DNA of 60,000 nt, from assembly GCF_018350175.1 (NCBI RefSeq), contig NC_058369.1, forward strand, positions 12,774,001 through 12,834,000, in the 5' to 3' direction. The notes under the pieces are model-generated. The model was given only the letters and a program-made list of their open reading frames with translations, ran no database searches and had not been told where the DNA came from. This DNA comes from Felis catus. Its lineage: Eukaryota. Position 1 is the first letter of the stretch; every line of letters begins with the position of its first letter. The translations under genes were made by a program, and so were the position numbers. Below, piece by piece: positions 49,664 through 60,000 of the stretch.

Positions 49664-49927
49664 GTAAACAGCCCCGAGCCCCGGCCACAAACGCTGCCTC
49701 TGTTCCCCACGGGCTGTTTACGCGCCCCCGGGCGGTCGGAGGCTGTCTGCCCGGGCCCTCGCTGGGCCTCCGAACAGACTCCGAGGCGGCCCAGAGGGAG
49801 GCGGCATAAAGGGGCCCATTCATCCCCCGTGTCCCGAGCCCTGCCCCCTCGGTTCCAGCCAAAATCCTTCTCGCACGCCACCCTCACCGGCCCAGAAATA
49901 CCCAGCGTGCCCCTGACTGTTTTCCAG

Positions 49928-50028
49928 CATAACTTGAAGATCGAAGATGGAGAAGACCTGAAGCATGACTTTGAAAGACTCAAGCAGGCCATGGAGATGG
50001 TGGGCTTCCTCCCTGCCACCAAGAAGCA
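49928..50028 (+). CDS. MYO9B: Myosin IXb exon 6
   Basis: ttttccag|HNLKIEDGEDLKHDFERLKQAMEMVGFLPATKKQ|gtaagt; 101 nt. Confidence 0.96.
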
Positions 50029-50556
50029 GTAAGTGGGCGGGCCGGCCGGCCCACCTTCTCCTGCGCGGACAGCGCCCCCCCCCCCCCCCCTGCACCTTAC
50101 CGGCACTGACTGATGGCCCAGCAGGAACTAAGGCACTAAGGAGGGCTGCCTGGTGATGATGGGCACAGGAGGAGGGGCTCGCTCGTCATTAGTCGTTGGG
50201 AGACACAAGACCACGGGGCTTTCTCCCAACAACGCACATGTGCTTAACACTTAAATGTGGTTCAGGTCCTGAATGTTCCCTGCCGTGTATTTTTGCCACA
50301 ATTAAAAAATTTTTTTTGATTGTTTTTGGAAGCCACACGGGGGCCTTCTCCACACCTGCCCGATGGCCAGTACACCCAGCGGGAGCGTTTGCCCGCTTCT
50401 GGAAGGGCACACGTCAGGCCAGCCACTTTGGAAAAGTGTTTGCAGGCTCTACCAGAGCTGTGTGTGCACAACTAAATGCGCATGTGTGCTCAAAGACACG
50501 CACACGACAGCCTCGTTATTAACAGCCAAAAAGATTGAATTCCGCGCCCCCCCCCG

Positions 50557-50602
<46 letters not shown>
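50557..50602. repeat. (CA)n microsatellite
   Basis: About 22 CA units. Confidence 0.95.
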
Positions 50603-50605
<3 letters not shown>

Positions 50606-50650
50606 TGCCCACCAGCAGGAGATTAAATAAATAAACAGCTATATACGGTG

Positions 50651-50831
50651 CAGAGGTTGGCAAACTTTCCGTAAAGGGTCAGATAGTAAAATTTTCCATT
50701 TTGAGGGCCAGACGGTCCCTGTTACACGTTCTTCTCTGTGTTGTGTTCAGTTTCTTAACCATACTCTTAAGAACTTAACCATTCTCAGCTCAGAGGCCGG
50801 ACGATAACGGACCGTAGATTGCGGACCTCTG
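50651..50831 (+). mobile_element. MER58-family element
   Basis: cagaggttggcaaactttccgtaaagggtcagatagtaaa. Confidence 0.7.
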
Positions 50832-50845
50832 GACTCCACACACAG

Positions 50846-51030
50846 CACTGGTCTTCTCCCGGGGCGCCGTATCTGGAGACATTTTTGGTTATCACACTGT
50901 GTAGGGGTGGGGGAGGAGGGACAATGCTATACCAGCATCTCGTAGGCGGAGGCACCCCGCGGTGCAGGGGACAGCCCTCCGCAGCAAAGAATGAATTGGT
51001 CGCGCACATCAGCAGTGCCAAGGCCAAGAT
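50846..51030 (-). mobile_element. MER20
   Basis: tctggagacatttttggttatcaca...ggacagccc...cagcagtgccaagg. Confidence 0.72.
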
Positions 51031-51680
51031 GCCAAGAATGCACAAGCCAGGTCTATACGCGGTAACATTCATAGCCCGCCCCCCCCCCGTCCCCCCCCAC
51101 GCACCACAGTGTTCCAGTGACAGGCCGGATACAAGTACATATCCGTTCACGGACGGAACTTCCGTTCCGTTCATGTCATGTCCGTGACATCCAGTTCACG
51201 GACAGCGTTCGCTACGAGGACAGCAGTTCCTCTGCAGGGCCTGGGGTGGGTTCCAGTGCCTGGAATGTTCTGTCTCTTGCTCCGAGTGCTGGTTACAGGG
51301 CTGCGTATATTTTGCGACGGTTCATCAAGCTCTGCGCTTGAGAGTTGTGTGCTTTCTTTGCCTGTTCTTTATGCATGGTGATGTAGTTTTTGGAATTTTT
51401 TTTTTCATGCATGTTAGGCCTCCATACAAAAAGTTTGTAACCAACCCCCCCCCCCCCACTGGGGGGAGAGGGAGGAGGTGTGCCATCTGCCTCCGAAGTC
51501 ACGTATGTTCCACAAAGGGTCCCTGACCATGAGATTGGACGTTTTTTGTTTTTTTTTTTTAAACTTCGTATGTTCTGACCGGACCTGGCTGGTTTTACGA
51601 ATTCAGCCCAGTTGGCTGGAAGCTTCTGTCGTCTTACGACTCTGGAAACGTCCCCAACCCAGGCTCCTTTGCTCCCCCAG

Positions 51681-51810
51681 GATTTTTTCCGTCCTCTCTG
51701 CCATCCTGTACCTGGGCAATGTCACGTACAAGAAGAGAGCCACGGGCCGAGACGAAGGTCTGGAGGTCGGGCCCCCCGAGGTGCTGGACACGCTGTCACA
51801 GCTCCTGAAG
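51681..51810 (+). CDS. MYO9B: Myosin IXb exon 7
   Basis: ctcccccag|[43 protein letters not shown]|gtactg; 130 nt. Confidence 0.96.
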
Positions 51811-52672
51811 GTACTGCTTGCTGGGCTCGGCCGTGGTGGCTGCGCTTCTGTGAGCCGGGGCTTGTCCGCCTGCTTCCTCCCCGCCATCTGTACAAAGCCT
51901 CTTCCTCGTTTCTGTTTTTCTCTCTCTCTCTCTTTAAGTGAAGTATAATTGCCCTCCAACATCGCGTTCGTTTCAGGTTGCAACATAATGATCCGCTATT
52001 TGTATGTATTGCAAAATGATTACCACAATAAGTCTCGTTAACATCTGTCACCACACATCATTCCAGGTTGGGGGGTTTTTTTGGTGTGTGTTTTTGTTTT
52101 TGTTTAGATTCCACATACGAGTGAGATCATACGGTACTCGTTTTGCTCTGTGTGATTTATTTCACTCAGCGTAATGCCCTCAAGGGCATCCCTTGTTTAT
52201 TTTTAAAGGACTGCCTCCTGGGCATGGCTGCCTCCCACATCAGCCCCTCTTGTGAAAGGCCCTTTAAAGCCATACTTTGATCAGCAAGGTCATTTTCTCA
52301 TTGGACCTGCCAGTCCCTTATCCACCGGCACTCAACCCCCCCGCCTCTAGCTTGTGGAGGGGGCTTGGTGGTCAGGAGGGAGCAGGCCAGGAGCCCACGC
52401 CTTCAGCGACATCTATAAATGCAGGTTGGCAGGCTGCACACGGGCCCGCAGTGACACCTGGGCCCGTGTGACCATACTCCCAGGGCCATCGAGCCTGTGG
52501 GAGTAACGGTTCTGAAACCCAGCGAGCATAGCACACAGCACAGGGTGGGCGGAGGCACGCTTTCGGTACAGCTGCTGGGGGTCCTTCTCTCACCTTCCTC
52601 GGTGACAGGAGGACCTGCCCAACAAGCCCTCTATCCCCCGTCCCTTTCTCTCCCTCCTGGACTTCGAAACAG

Positions 52673-52762
52673 GTGAAGCGAGAAATCCTGGTGGAGGTTC
52701 TGACCAAAAGAAAAACCGTGACGGCCAATGACAAACTCATCCTTCCCTACAGTCTCAGCGAG
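52673..52762 (+). CDS. MYO9B: Myosin IXb exon 8
   Basis: aaacag|[30 protein letters not shown]|gtgagc; 90 nt. Confidence 0.95.
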
Positions 52763-52879
52763 GTGAGCGCCACCCTGGGCTGTCACGGGGCACCAGGGCC
52801 CAAACCATGACTTAGGGTGGGGGCTTTGGAAACAGCCAGCCTGGGTAGTCTTTTTCCGATGTTTAAAGTGACAGAGGAG

Positions 52880-53175
52880 GAGGCGCCTGGGTGGCTCCGT
52901 TGGTTGAGCATCTGCCTCTCGACTTCAGCTCAAGTTATGGTCCTGGGGTCTTGGGATCGAGCCCCGCATCAGCCTTCGCGCTGACGACGGAGCCTGCTTA
53001 AGATTCTCTCTCTCTCTCTCTCTCCCTCTGCCCCTCCCCCCTGCTTGCGCACATGCTCTCCTTCTTTCTCTCTCTCTAAAATTTTTTTGAATGTTTTTAT
53101 TTATTTTTGAAAGAGAGTGAGAGAGAGCATGACCACAGGAGGGGCAGAGAGAGAGGGAGACACACCATCTGAAGC
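52880..53175. mobile_element. Can-SINE (+, 52880-53080) abutting a truncated antisense SINE (53082-53175)
   Basis: SINE head and (CT)n, then tttttgaatgtttttatttatttttga...gagggagacac. Confidence 0.8.
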
Positions 53176-53213
53176 ACGTGTTTGTCTTGGTGTTCCCATG
53201 CTGGTTTTCACTA

Positions 53214-53428
53214 GCAGAGGACGGCCACCTGCAGCCCGCAGGCCAAATCCAGCCCTCCGCCCGCTTTTGTAAATAAAGTTTCAGGGGCACACAGCCACAC
53301 CCATTTGTTTTGGTGCTGCTTTCCTACTGCACGGGCAGAGCTGGGCCATCACAACACAGACCGTCTGGCCCTCCTGTCGGAAACTACTGACTTTGTAGCC
53401 AGCATTTAAGATAGTTGACCCCCCCCTC
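53214..53428 (-). mobile_element. MER58A
   Basis: ggccaaatccagccc...ttttgtaaataaagttt...cacagccacacccatttgttt. Confidence 0.75.
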
Positions 53429-53942
53429 CAGGCTAGAGCATGACTTTTACAACCATTACGTGGGTCCCTAAATCTTGATAAGGCACCTCTCTCTCTGGCC
53501 TTTGCCCCAGCCCAGATATCTTCCCGGCAATGTGGTTTTCTTGCATTTTTACATGTCAAGAGCGATGGGACCTGCCGCTTGGATGGCCGCAGGAAAGTAC
53601 CTAGCCACTGGGGGGATTTTTAGTTGGTGGTGGAGGCCGCGTGGGCATCTTAAACAGGCACCGTGGACATTCTGAGCCCCCACGGGCAAAGGTACCCTGC
53701 GATGTTATGTGGAAGTTGCTACAGGACACCCGAGACCCCAGCGGCGCCTCCAGCCCTTAGGGGCTCAACGCCAAGGGCAAGGTGCCAGGCGTGGGCCTCG
53801 TGGCCCCATTTCCACAACCACCCAGGAAAGCCATGTGTTGTAGATCTTAATTGCAGCCAGGTACATCTGTCGCAACTTAGATCTGAGTACATACAGAGAA
53901 GGAATTTCTTATTTCTCGTATGCAAATTAGACCTCAATAAAC

Positions 53943-54400
53943 CTTTTTTTTTTTAATGTTTTACTTATTTTTAAGACAGAGACATGGGGCGCCTGGGTGG
54001 CGCAGTCGGTTAAGCGTCCGACTTCAGCCAGGTCACGATCTCGCGGTCCGTGAGTTCGAGCCCCGCGTCAGGCTCTGGGCTGATGGCTCAGAGCCTGGAG
54101 CCTGTTTCCGATTCTGTGTCTCCCTCTCTCTCTGCCCCTCCCCCGTTCATGCTCTGTCTCTCTCTGTTCCAAAAATAAATAAACGTTGAAAAAAAAATTA
54201 AAAAAAAAAAAAAAAAAAAGACAGAGACAGAGCATGAGTGGGGATGGGGCAGAGAGAGAGGGAGACACAGAATCCGAAGCAGGCTCCAGGCTCCGAGCTG
54301 TCAGCACAGAGCCCGACGCGGGGCTCGAACTCACAAACTGTGAGATCATGACCTGGGCCGAAGTCCAACACTCAACCGACAGAGCCACCCGGGCGCCCCC
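53943..54400 (-). mobile_element. Host SINEC_Fc (antisense), interrupted
   Basis: T tail, aagacagagaca, [insert], then agcatgagtgggg...gggcgcccc. Confidence 0.88.
53986..54217 (+). mobile_element. Young SINEC_Fc nested in the host SINE
   Basis: CpG-intact body, long A tail, TSD aagacagagaca (53973-53984, 54218-54229). Confidence 0.92.
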
Positions 54401-54811
54401 CCTCTTTTTTTCTTTTTTTTAATTTAAAAGGCATTACTGCTTTTATGCACACGATGGCATCCCCATGATGCTCCCAGAACCGCAGGGGACCTGGCTTTAA
54501 GCCCAGTTCGGCCTCTTGGCTGGTTGTCCCCACGGGCAGGCCGGGCGCCCTCCCTGAGCCTGTGTCACATCCTTAGTCCCCAGGCTGCTGGAGAGACAGC
54601 CTTTGCCAAACCTTAGGCTGCCGGCTTCATAGTTCACGCCTCGCCTCGGGGAGTCCACGCTGACTGAGGTGTGTAAAGTGAGAGGAGGTGTGTCTGATGA
54701 GTTGGGCGTTTATTGTCACATCCTGGATTTTCCAGCGAGTGCAGGCTTCGGCGTGGTGCGGCCCGGGGCCCACCTCATCAAGGTATGACACTCTCTGCTT
54801 CGTGCCCACAG

Positions 54812-54928
54812 GCCATCACTGCCCGCGACTCCATGGCCAAGTCCCTGTACAGCGCCCTGTTCGACTGGATTGTGCTGCGGATCAACCACGCCCTCCTCAA
54901 CAAGAAAGACATGGAAGAATGTGTCTCG
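54812..54928 (+). CDS. MYO9B: Myosin IXb exon 9
   Basis: cccacag|[39 protein letters not shown]|gtgaga; 117 nt. Confidence 0.96.
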
Positions 54929-55269
54929 GTGAGAGCCCCCACCCCTGCCTGCTCCACCAGGCAGGGCCGGGGAAGGCCACGTGCTCAGTGTCGCACATCC
55001 TCGGCAGATGGCCTGCGATGTCAGGAACCGAGGCGGCTCTGGGTGGTATCGGGTGAGAGGCGGGTTTCTCCGAGGGGCAGGCCCAAGGAACCCGATGGGG
55101 TGCAGTCCAGAGGGCCCAGTGCACCATGAACACACGGGGCCCCTTGTGCACGTTACAGATCCCAGGGCAGCGACAGCAGAGTGTCCGGCCGAGCACAGAG
55201 CCCTCGCAACCAAACAGGGCGCTTCACGGGAGGATGCACCAGCAATAACCATTTTCTCTGTCTTCCCAG

Positions 55270-55404
55270 TGCTTGTCCATCGGGGTCCTCGACATATTCG
55301 GATTTGAAGACTTCGAGAGGAACAGCTTTGAACAGTTCTGCATCAACTATGCCAACGAGCAGCTTCAGTATTATTTCAACCAGCACATTTTCAAACTGGA
55401 ACAG
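55270..55404 (+). CDS. MYO9B: Myosin IXb exon 10 (switch II, relay helix)
   Basis: ttcccag|[45 protein letters not shown]|gtaagg; 135 nt. Confidence 0.97.
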
Positions 55405-55834
55405 GTAAGGAAAGGCCGTCTTGTTGCCTGTGCAGCCCAAGGCGGGGACAGAAGGAGCCAGAGCCGGGATTTCCCTCGGGGCCCAGTTTGTGGATGAACC
55501 AGCCCTGGGATTTTTCTCTGCAAAAGAGAAAGTGTGGGAAAATCCTGCCCAGCCTTGGATGAGGCAGACCTTGGGGATATTTCTGTCCATGGGGCAATTT
55601 TGCACCATCCCTCGGCTCAGATGCGAAAATCCATTCAATGGGAGAGCAGTGCAGTGGCCCTGGAAGGATCTGCTTTGGTCAAGAATATTGTCAGTGTGGC
55701 TTACCTGTCTCTTCCCTACCAAACACTCAGCCGTCTTTACCCACGTATTATCCTTTACACTGATGATTCTGGCAGGGGGGGAAAAAATGATGGGTTTACA
55801 TAAATATCTAGCGGATTTTACTATTACACTTTCT

Positions 55835-56084
55835 TTCTGGCTGTTGAGCACTCAAAATGCGGCTGGTCCAAATTGAGGCGTGTGGCAAGAGTGAAACACT
55901 GCCAATTGCAAACACGTAGTGCGGAAGAAAAAGATTATAAACACAAAACGCCTCATCAATATCTTTTACATTGCTTACACGTTGACAGGACCGTAGTTTG
56001 GATATATTGGGTCTAAATGAAGTGTATTATTAAAGTTAACTTCACCAGTTTCTTTTTACGTTTTTTTTTTAATGTTTATTTATT

Positions 56085-56116
<32 letters not shown>

Positions 56117-56340
56117 CAAGGGAGGGGCAGAGAGCGGGAGACACAGAATCCGAAGCAGGCGCTCCAGGCTCTGAACTGTCAGCCCAGAGCCCAACACGGG
56201 GCTCAAACCCACAAACTGTGAGATCATGACCTGAGCTGAAGTCAGACACTTAACTGACTGAGCCACCCAGCCTCCCCTTACATTTTTAACTGTGATAAGA
56301 AAATTTGAAGTTAACGTAGGTCACTCGCATTATTGGACAT
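55835..56340. mobile_element. MER33-like hAT element split by an antisense SINE (56061-56277)
   Basis: ttgagcactcaaaatgcggctggtccaaattgag...tttggatatattggg...ttaaagttaacttcacc. Confidence 0.65.
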
Positions 56341-56352
56341 GGCAGTTCCACA

Positions 56353-56566
56353 GCAGAGGCCAGCAAATGGTAACTCACAGGTCGAATCCGGCCCCACGGC
56401 CGATTGTTGTAAACAAACCTTTATTGGCACATGGCCACAGCCACTTGGCTACCTATCACCTGTGGCCTCTTTGACATTGTAACAGCAGAATCGTGACCGA
56501 CCCCGTCTAGCTCATAAAGCTTAACACGTTACCACGGCCCTTTACAGAGGAAGTTCACTGACCCCC
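56353..56566 (-). mobile_element. MER58A
   Basis: cagaggccagcaaa...ttattggcacatggccac...ggccctttacagaggaagttcactgacccc. Confidence 0.72.
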
Positions 56567-56830
56567 CACCCCCCCGGGACGTTTTAAGTGCCATCTTAAG
56601 CATCTTATGTGATGGGTGTTTAAACACGTGCATTCTTGTTTCCTGTTACTAGTGCTTTCGCAATAACTAATAGATCTCCATTGCTATCTTAACGTGTATT
56701 GTGTTATTCACATGTGTATGTGTAAATAGGTACACGCATACGTAAATATGTGTATATACAACGTGTGCAATGTAAACACGCACGTAGCCATGAGATAGTG
56801 ACATTCTCAGCTAACCGCCGAACCCCGCAG

Positions 56831-56952
56831 GAGGAATACCAGAGCGAAGGGATCTCGTGGCACAACATTGACTATACGGATAACGTCGGCTGCATCCATC
56901 TGATCAGCAAGAAACCCACTGGGCTCTTCTATCTGCTGGACGAAGAGAGCAA
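56831..56952 (+). CDS. MYO9B: Myosin IXb exon 11
   Basis: ccccgcag|[40 protein letters not shown]|gtaagt; 122 nt. Confidence 0.96.
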
Positions 56953-57374
56953 GTAAGTGTCCGCGGCCCGGTGCCCGCACAGAGCTGGTTCCCGAGCCCC
57001 TGGAGCCTCACCCTGAATCCACACCGTCCCCGAGAACTTCTGAGTTCGTCCGACTCACTCAACCACAAATCCTGACCTATCCATGCACGTAGCGGTCATC
57101 ACAGAAACGTTAACACGTGCAGTGGCTGAACTCTGAAACACACCCGCACCTGGGAGTTCTTAAGAAAGGGACCTGGGGCCCGAGTCTAGAAACTGGGCTC
57201 CGGGGTGATGCATCCTCGCAAAGGGCAGTGCACGGAATCCGGGGCCCAGATGCCGGATTTACCGATAAGCCTGGCACCCCCTCATCCACGGGACACAGTG
57301 AATGCTGGAAACTTTGTTTGTAAAGTGCCTCCCGCTTGGTCACCTAGCTGGAGTCCCCAAAATTCACTCACCGA

Positions 57375-58215
57375 ATTCGCTTCCTGCAGCTCCTGTAATG
57401 ACCACAAAGCGCAGGCAGCTTGAAACAGCAGAAACATACTGTCTCCCAGTCCCGGAGGCCAGAAGTGCAAAATCAGCATCAGTGGGCCGAAATCAAGGTG
57501 GCGGTAGGGCTGTGCTCCTTCCAGACCTTCTAGGGGAGGATCCTTCCTCACCTCTCCCAGCTTCTGGGGGCCCCAGGCATTCCTTGGCTCGCGGCCACAT
57601 CACCCCGATCTCTGCCTCTGTGGTCACGGCACCCTCTCTTCTGTCTTTGTCTAGTCTCCTCTTCTTAGAAAGATTCCAGGGGCTCGGTGGAACATCTGAC
57701 GCTTGGTTTTGGGTTGTGAGTTTGAGCCCTGACTCTCTTACTCTGCACTCGACAGCACAGGACCGGCTTGGGATTCTCTCTCCCTCTCTTTTCGCTCCTC
57801 CCCCACTTTTACTCTCCCAAAATAAATAAATAAACTATTTTTTTAATGTTTATTTTTGAGAGAGAGACAGATTGTAAGCAGATGAGGGGCAGAGAGAGAG
57901 AGGGACAGAGACACAGAACCCGAAGCAGGCTCCAGGCTCCAAGCTGTCAGCACAGAGCCCGACACGGGGCTTGAACTCACGAACCGCCAGATGGTGACCT
58001 GAGCCAAAGTCAGAGGCTTAACCGACTGAGCCACCCAGATGCCCCATAAATAAACTTTGAAATAAATAGATGTTCCAATCCACCACCCTAAAGACCTCAT
58101 CTGAATTACTAATTATATTCGTAAAGACCCTGTTTCTGAATAAAGTCACTTTCCCAGGCTCCAAGGGTCAGGATGTGGACACATCTTTCTGTCACCAACT
58201 TCTTATCAACCACTT
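57375..58215 (-). mobile_element. MLT1 LTR interrupted by a tail-to-tail SINE pair (57685-57835 +, 57838-58046 -)
   Basis: ggaggccagaagtgcaaaatc...ggccacatcaccccgatctctgcc [SINEs] aaagaccctgtttctgaataaagtcac. Confidence 0.78.
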
Positions 58216-58554
58216 GTCTGCTTCTGAAGCCCCTGCGGGGCTGGGTTGAATCAGGCTCACCTCCTGCCTCAGACCAAGTCCCCATCTGGGACAGGGGACA
58301 GACACCTCCGTTCATAACTGGGGTCCAGGGAGAGAATGTTTAGATAAAAAAAAGAGGCAGGGTGCTAGGAAGGGCTAAATCGTCACTCCCGGGAAACCCA
58401 GAGCTGGATCTGGATGTGAGGCAGGGCTGGGCTGAGCAGGGTCCGATCTGTCTTTGTTTAAAATCTTGCTGTTTTTGTTCATCGTGGATTTTTTTTTTTT
58501 TTTTTTTTTTTTTGCATTGATTGGGATTTTCTAAAATAGCACGGGAAACCGGTA

Positions 58555-58776
58555 TTTTTTTTTTTTTTAATTTTTAATGTTTATTTCTGAGAGAGACCGA
58601 GTGTGAGCAGGGGAGGGGCAGAGAGAGAGAGAGAGAGGGAGACACAGAATCCCAAGCAGGCCCCAGGCTCCTAGCCGTCAGCGCAGAGCCCGATGCGGGG
58701 CTCGAGCTCAACGGACCATGAGACCATGACCTGAGCTGAAGTCAGACACTTAGCCGACTGAGCCACCCAGGCGCCC
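58555..58776 (-). mobile_element. Can-SINE
   Basis: TSD aaaccggtattttt. Confidence 0.9.
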
Positions 58777-59351
58777 CAAAACCGGTATTTTTGTTTTTTC
58801 ACCTGGGTGAGCAGGTTCCTCACTCCATACCCTTTCACCGGCCCTGGAAACCGTGTGCTTCATAGCCGCAGACCCTCCCCCTCCGCCACCCCACCCCCAT
58901 TAAGTCGTGGAGTTCAGCACTGGGAGTCAGCCACGTTGTTTAGCCTGCGTTTGCGATGCGGCTGGGCAGCGGCAGGGTGGGTCAAAGCCAGCTGCAGCAT
59001 TTCCTCCCTGGGGGGCAGAAGTAGCCAGCTACAACAGGTCCCTCATTCTGCCCTCCCTGCCCCCTCCCTGCGGCACCTTCATCTCCCAGCCCCTCCCTAT
59101 GACACGGGAGCGCGGGCAAGACCCCCTCCACAACACAGCATCCAGGTACAGACAGATCTGAGACCAGAAGTCCCATCCTGGGATTATGCCTGGGAGCCGC
59201 CCGCGGTGAGGCCCGGGTCCCAGTCTTGCCTGCGCCGAATGTTCCCGTGGGCCACCAGGGCCCTGGCCTCACCCACAGAGGGCCCGTGAGAGAGGCAGAG
59301 CCGGCGATCGCCGCTGTTCCTGCAGCTAAAAGCTCCCAATCCTCCTCCCAG

Positions 59352-59493
59352 CTTTCCCCATGCCACAAGCCAGACGCTGCTGGCCAAGTTCAAACAGCAG
59401 CATGAAGACAACAGGTACTTCCTTGGCACCCCCGTCATGGAGCCGGCGTTCATCATTCAGCACTTTGCGGGGAAAGTGAAATACCAGATCAAG
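59352..59493 (+). CDS. MYO9B: Myosin IXb exon 12
   Basis: cctcccag|[47 protein letters not shown]|gtacgc; 142 nt. Confidence 0.96.
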
Positions 59494-59795
59494 GTACGCG
59501 TCTGTCCGTTGCCGTGACCGCTCCGGTCCTTCTCTGCCGGGGAGGCAGGACAGGGGCAGGGGGGTGCCCTGGAGGCCCCTTACCTCCTGGTGTCTGCTCG
59601 GTCCATCCCCTTGATCAGATTGTGCGGAGCGAGGGTCCAGGACCCTCAGACCCAGCCCCAAATCCCTGGCTCTTACCGTCAAAGGCCCTGGGGACAGGAC
59701 CCGCCTGTGTGTTGTGGAGATGGGCCCCGCGCCACCAGGCCCCCGGGACCTTGGCGGTCACAGGCGAGTGACCACCCACCTCCTTCCCCCACCAG

Positions 59796-60000
59796 GACTT
59801 CCGGGAAAAGAACATGGACTACATGCGGCCGGACATCGTGGCCCTCCTGCGGGGCAGCGACAGCTCCTACGTGCGGGAGCTCATCGGCATGGACCCCGTG
59901 GCCGTGTTCCGCTGGGCTGTGCTCCGGGCCGCCATCCGGGCCATGGCTGTGCTCCGGGAGGCCGGGCGCCTGCGGGCCGAGAGGGCGGAGAAGGCCGCAG
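59796..60000 (+). CDS. MYO9B: Myosin IXb exon 13 (start of class-IX loop-2 insertion; runs to window edge)
   Basis: ccccaccag|[68 protein letters not shown]; donor not visible. Confidence 0.94.

Larger units (their letters stand above)
1..60000 (+). other. MYO9B: MYO9B gene body (intron 1 through exon 13; exon 1 and 3' exons lie outside the window)
   Basis: Twelve exons join in frame (840+95+63+100+101+130+90+117+135+122+142+205 = 2140 nt) into a class IX myosin. Intron 1 assignment is inferred: no promoter-like CpG island is seen upstream of 15800. Confidence 0.95.

Noticed and set aside
55405..56830. Possible U12 intron, given the short branch-to-AG distance
   Set aside because: Donor is gtaagg, not RTATCCTT.
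1..60000. CRISPR arrays, operons, defence or other prokaryotic systems; remaining 60-230 aa ORFs
   Set aside because: The sequence is a mammalian intron-exon locus; no repeat-spacer arrays; the other ORFs lack splice support or recognisable domains and are expected in GC-rich DNA.

Overview
Mammalian genomic DNA, most likely a cat or other felid, judged from about 30 tRNA-derived Can-SINEs of the SINEC_Fc type. The whole window lies inside MYO9B (unconventional myosin IXb) on the + strand. Twelve coding exons (called 2-13, assuming one non-coding exon 1 upstream of the window) splice with canonical GT-AG into one open frame of 2140 nt (~713 aa). They encode the N-terminal Ras-association domain and most of the motor head: P-loop GESGSGKT, switch [10 protein letters not shown], switch II DIFGFE and the start of the class-IX loop-2 insert. 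Introns are dense with SINEC, L1 remnants, MLT1/MER21 LTRs, MER20/MER58/MER33 hAT MITEs and microsatellites. No prokaryote-type system is present. Best leads: (1) a back-spliced exon 2 would encode a 299-aa ORF whose stop overlaps its own start (ATGA); (2) an out-of-frame overlapping uORF; (3) a stop-free in-frame intron 5; (4) a duplicated ~120-150 bp module with RFX-like boxes in intron 1; (5) a young SINE nested antisense inside another SINE. Repeat subfamily names come from recalled consensus sequences and repeat boundaries are approximate.
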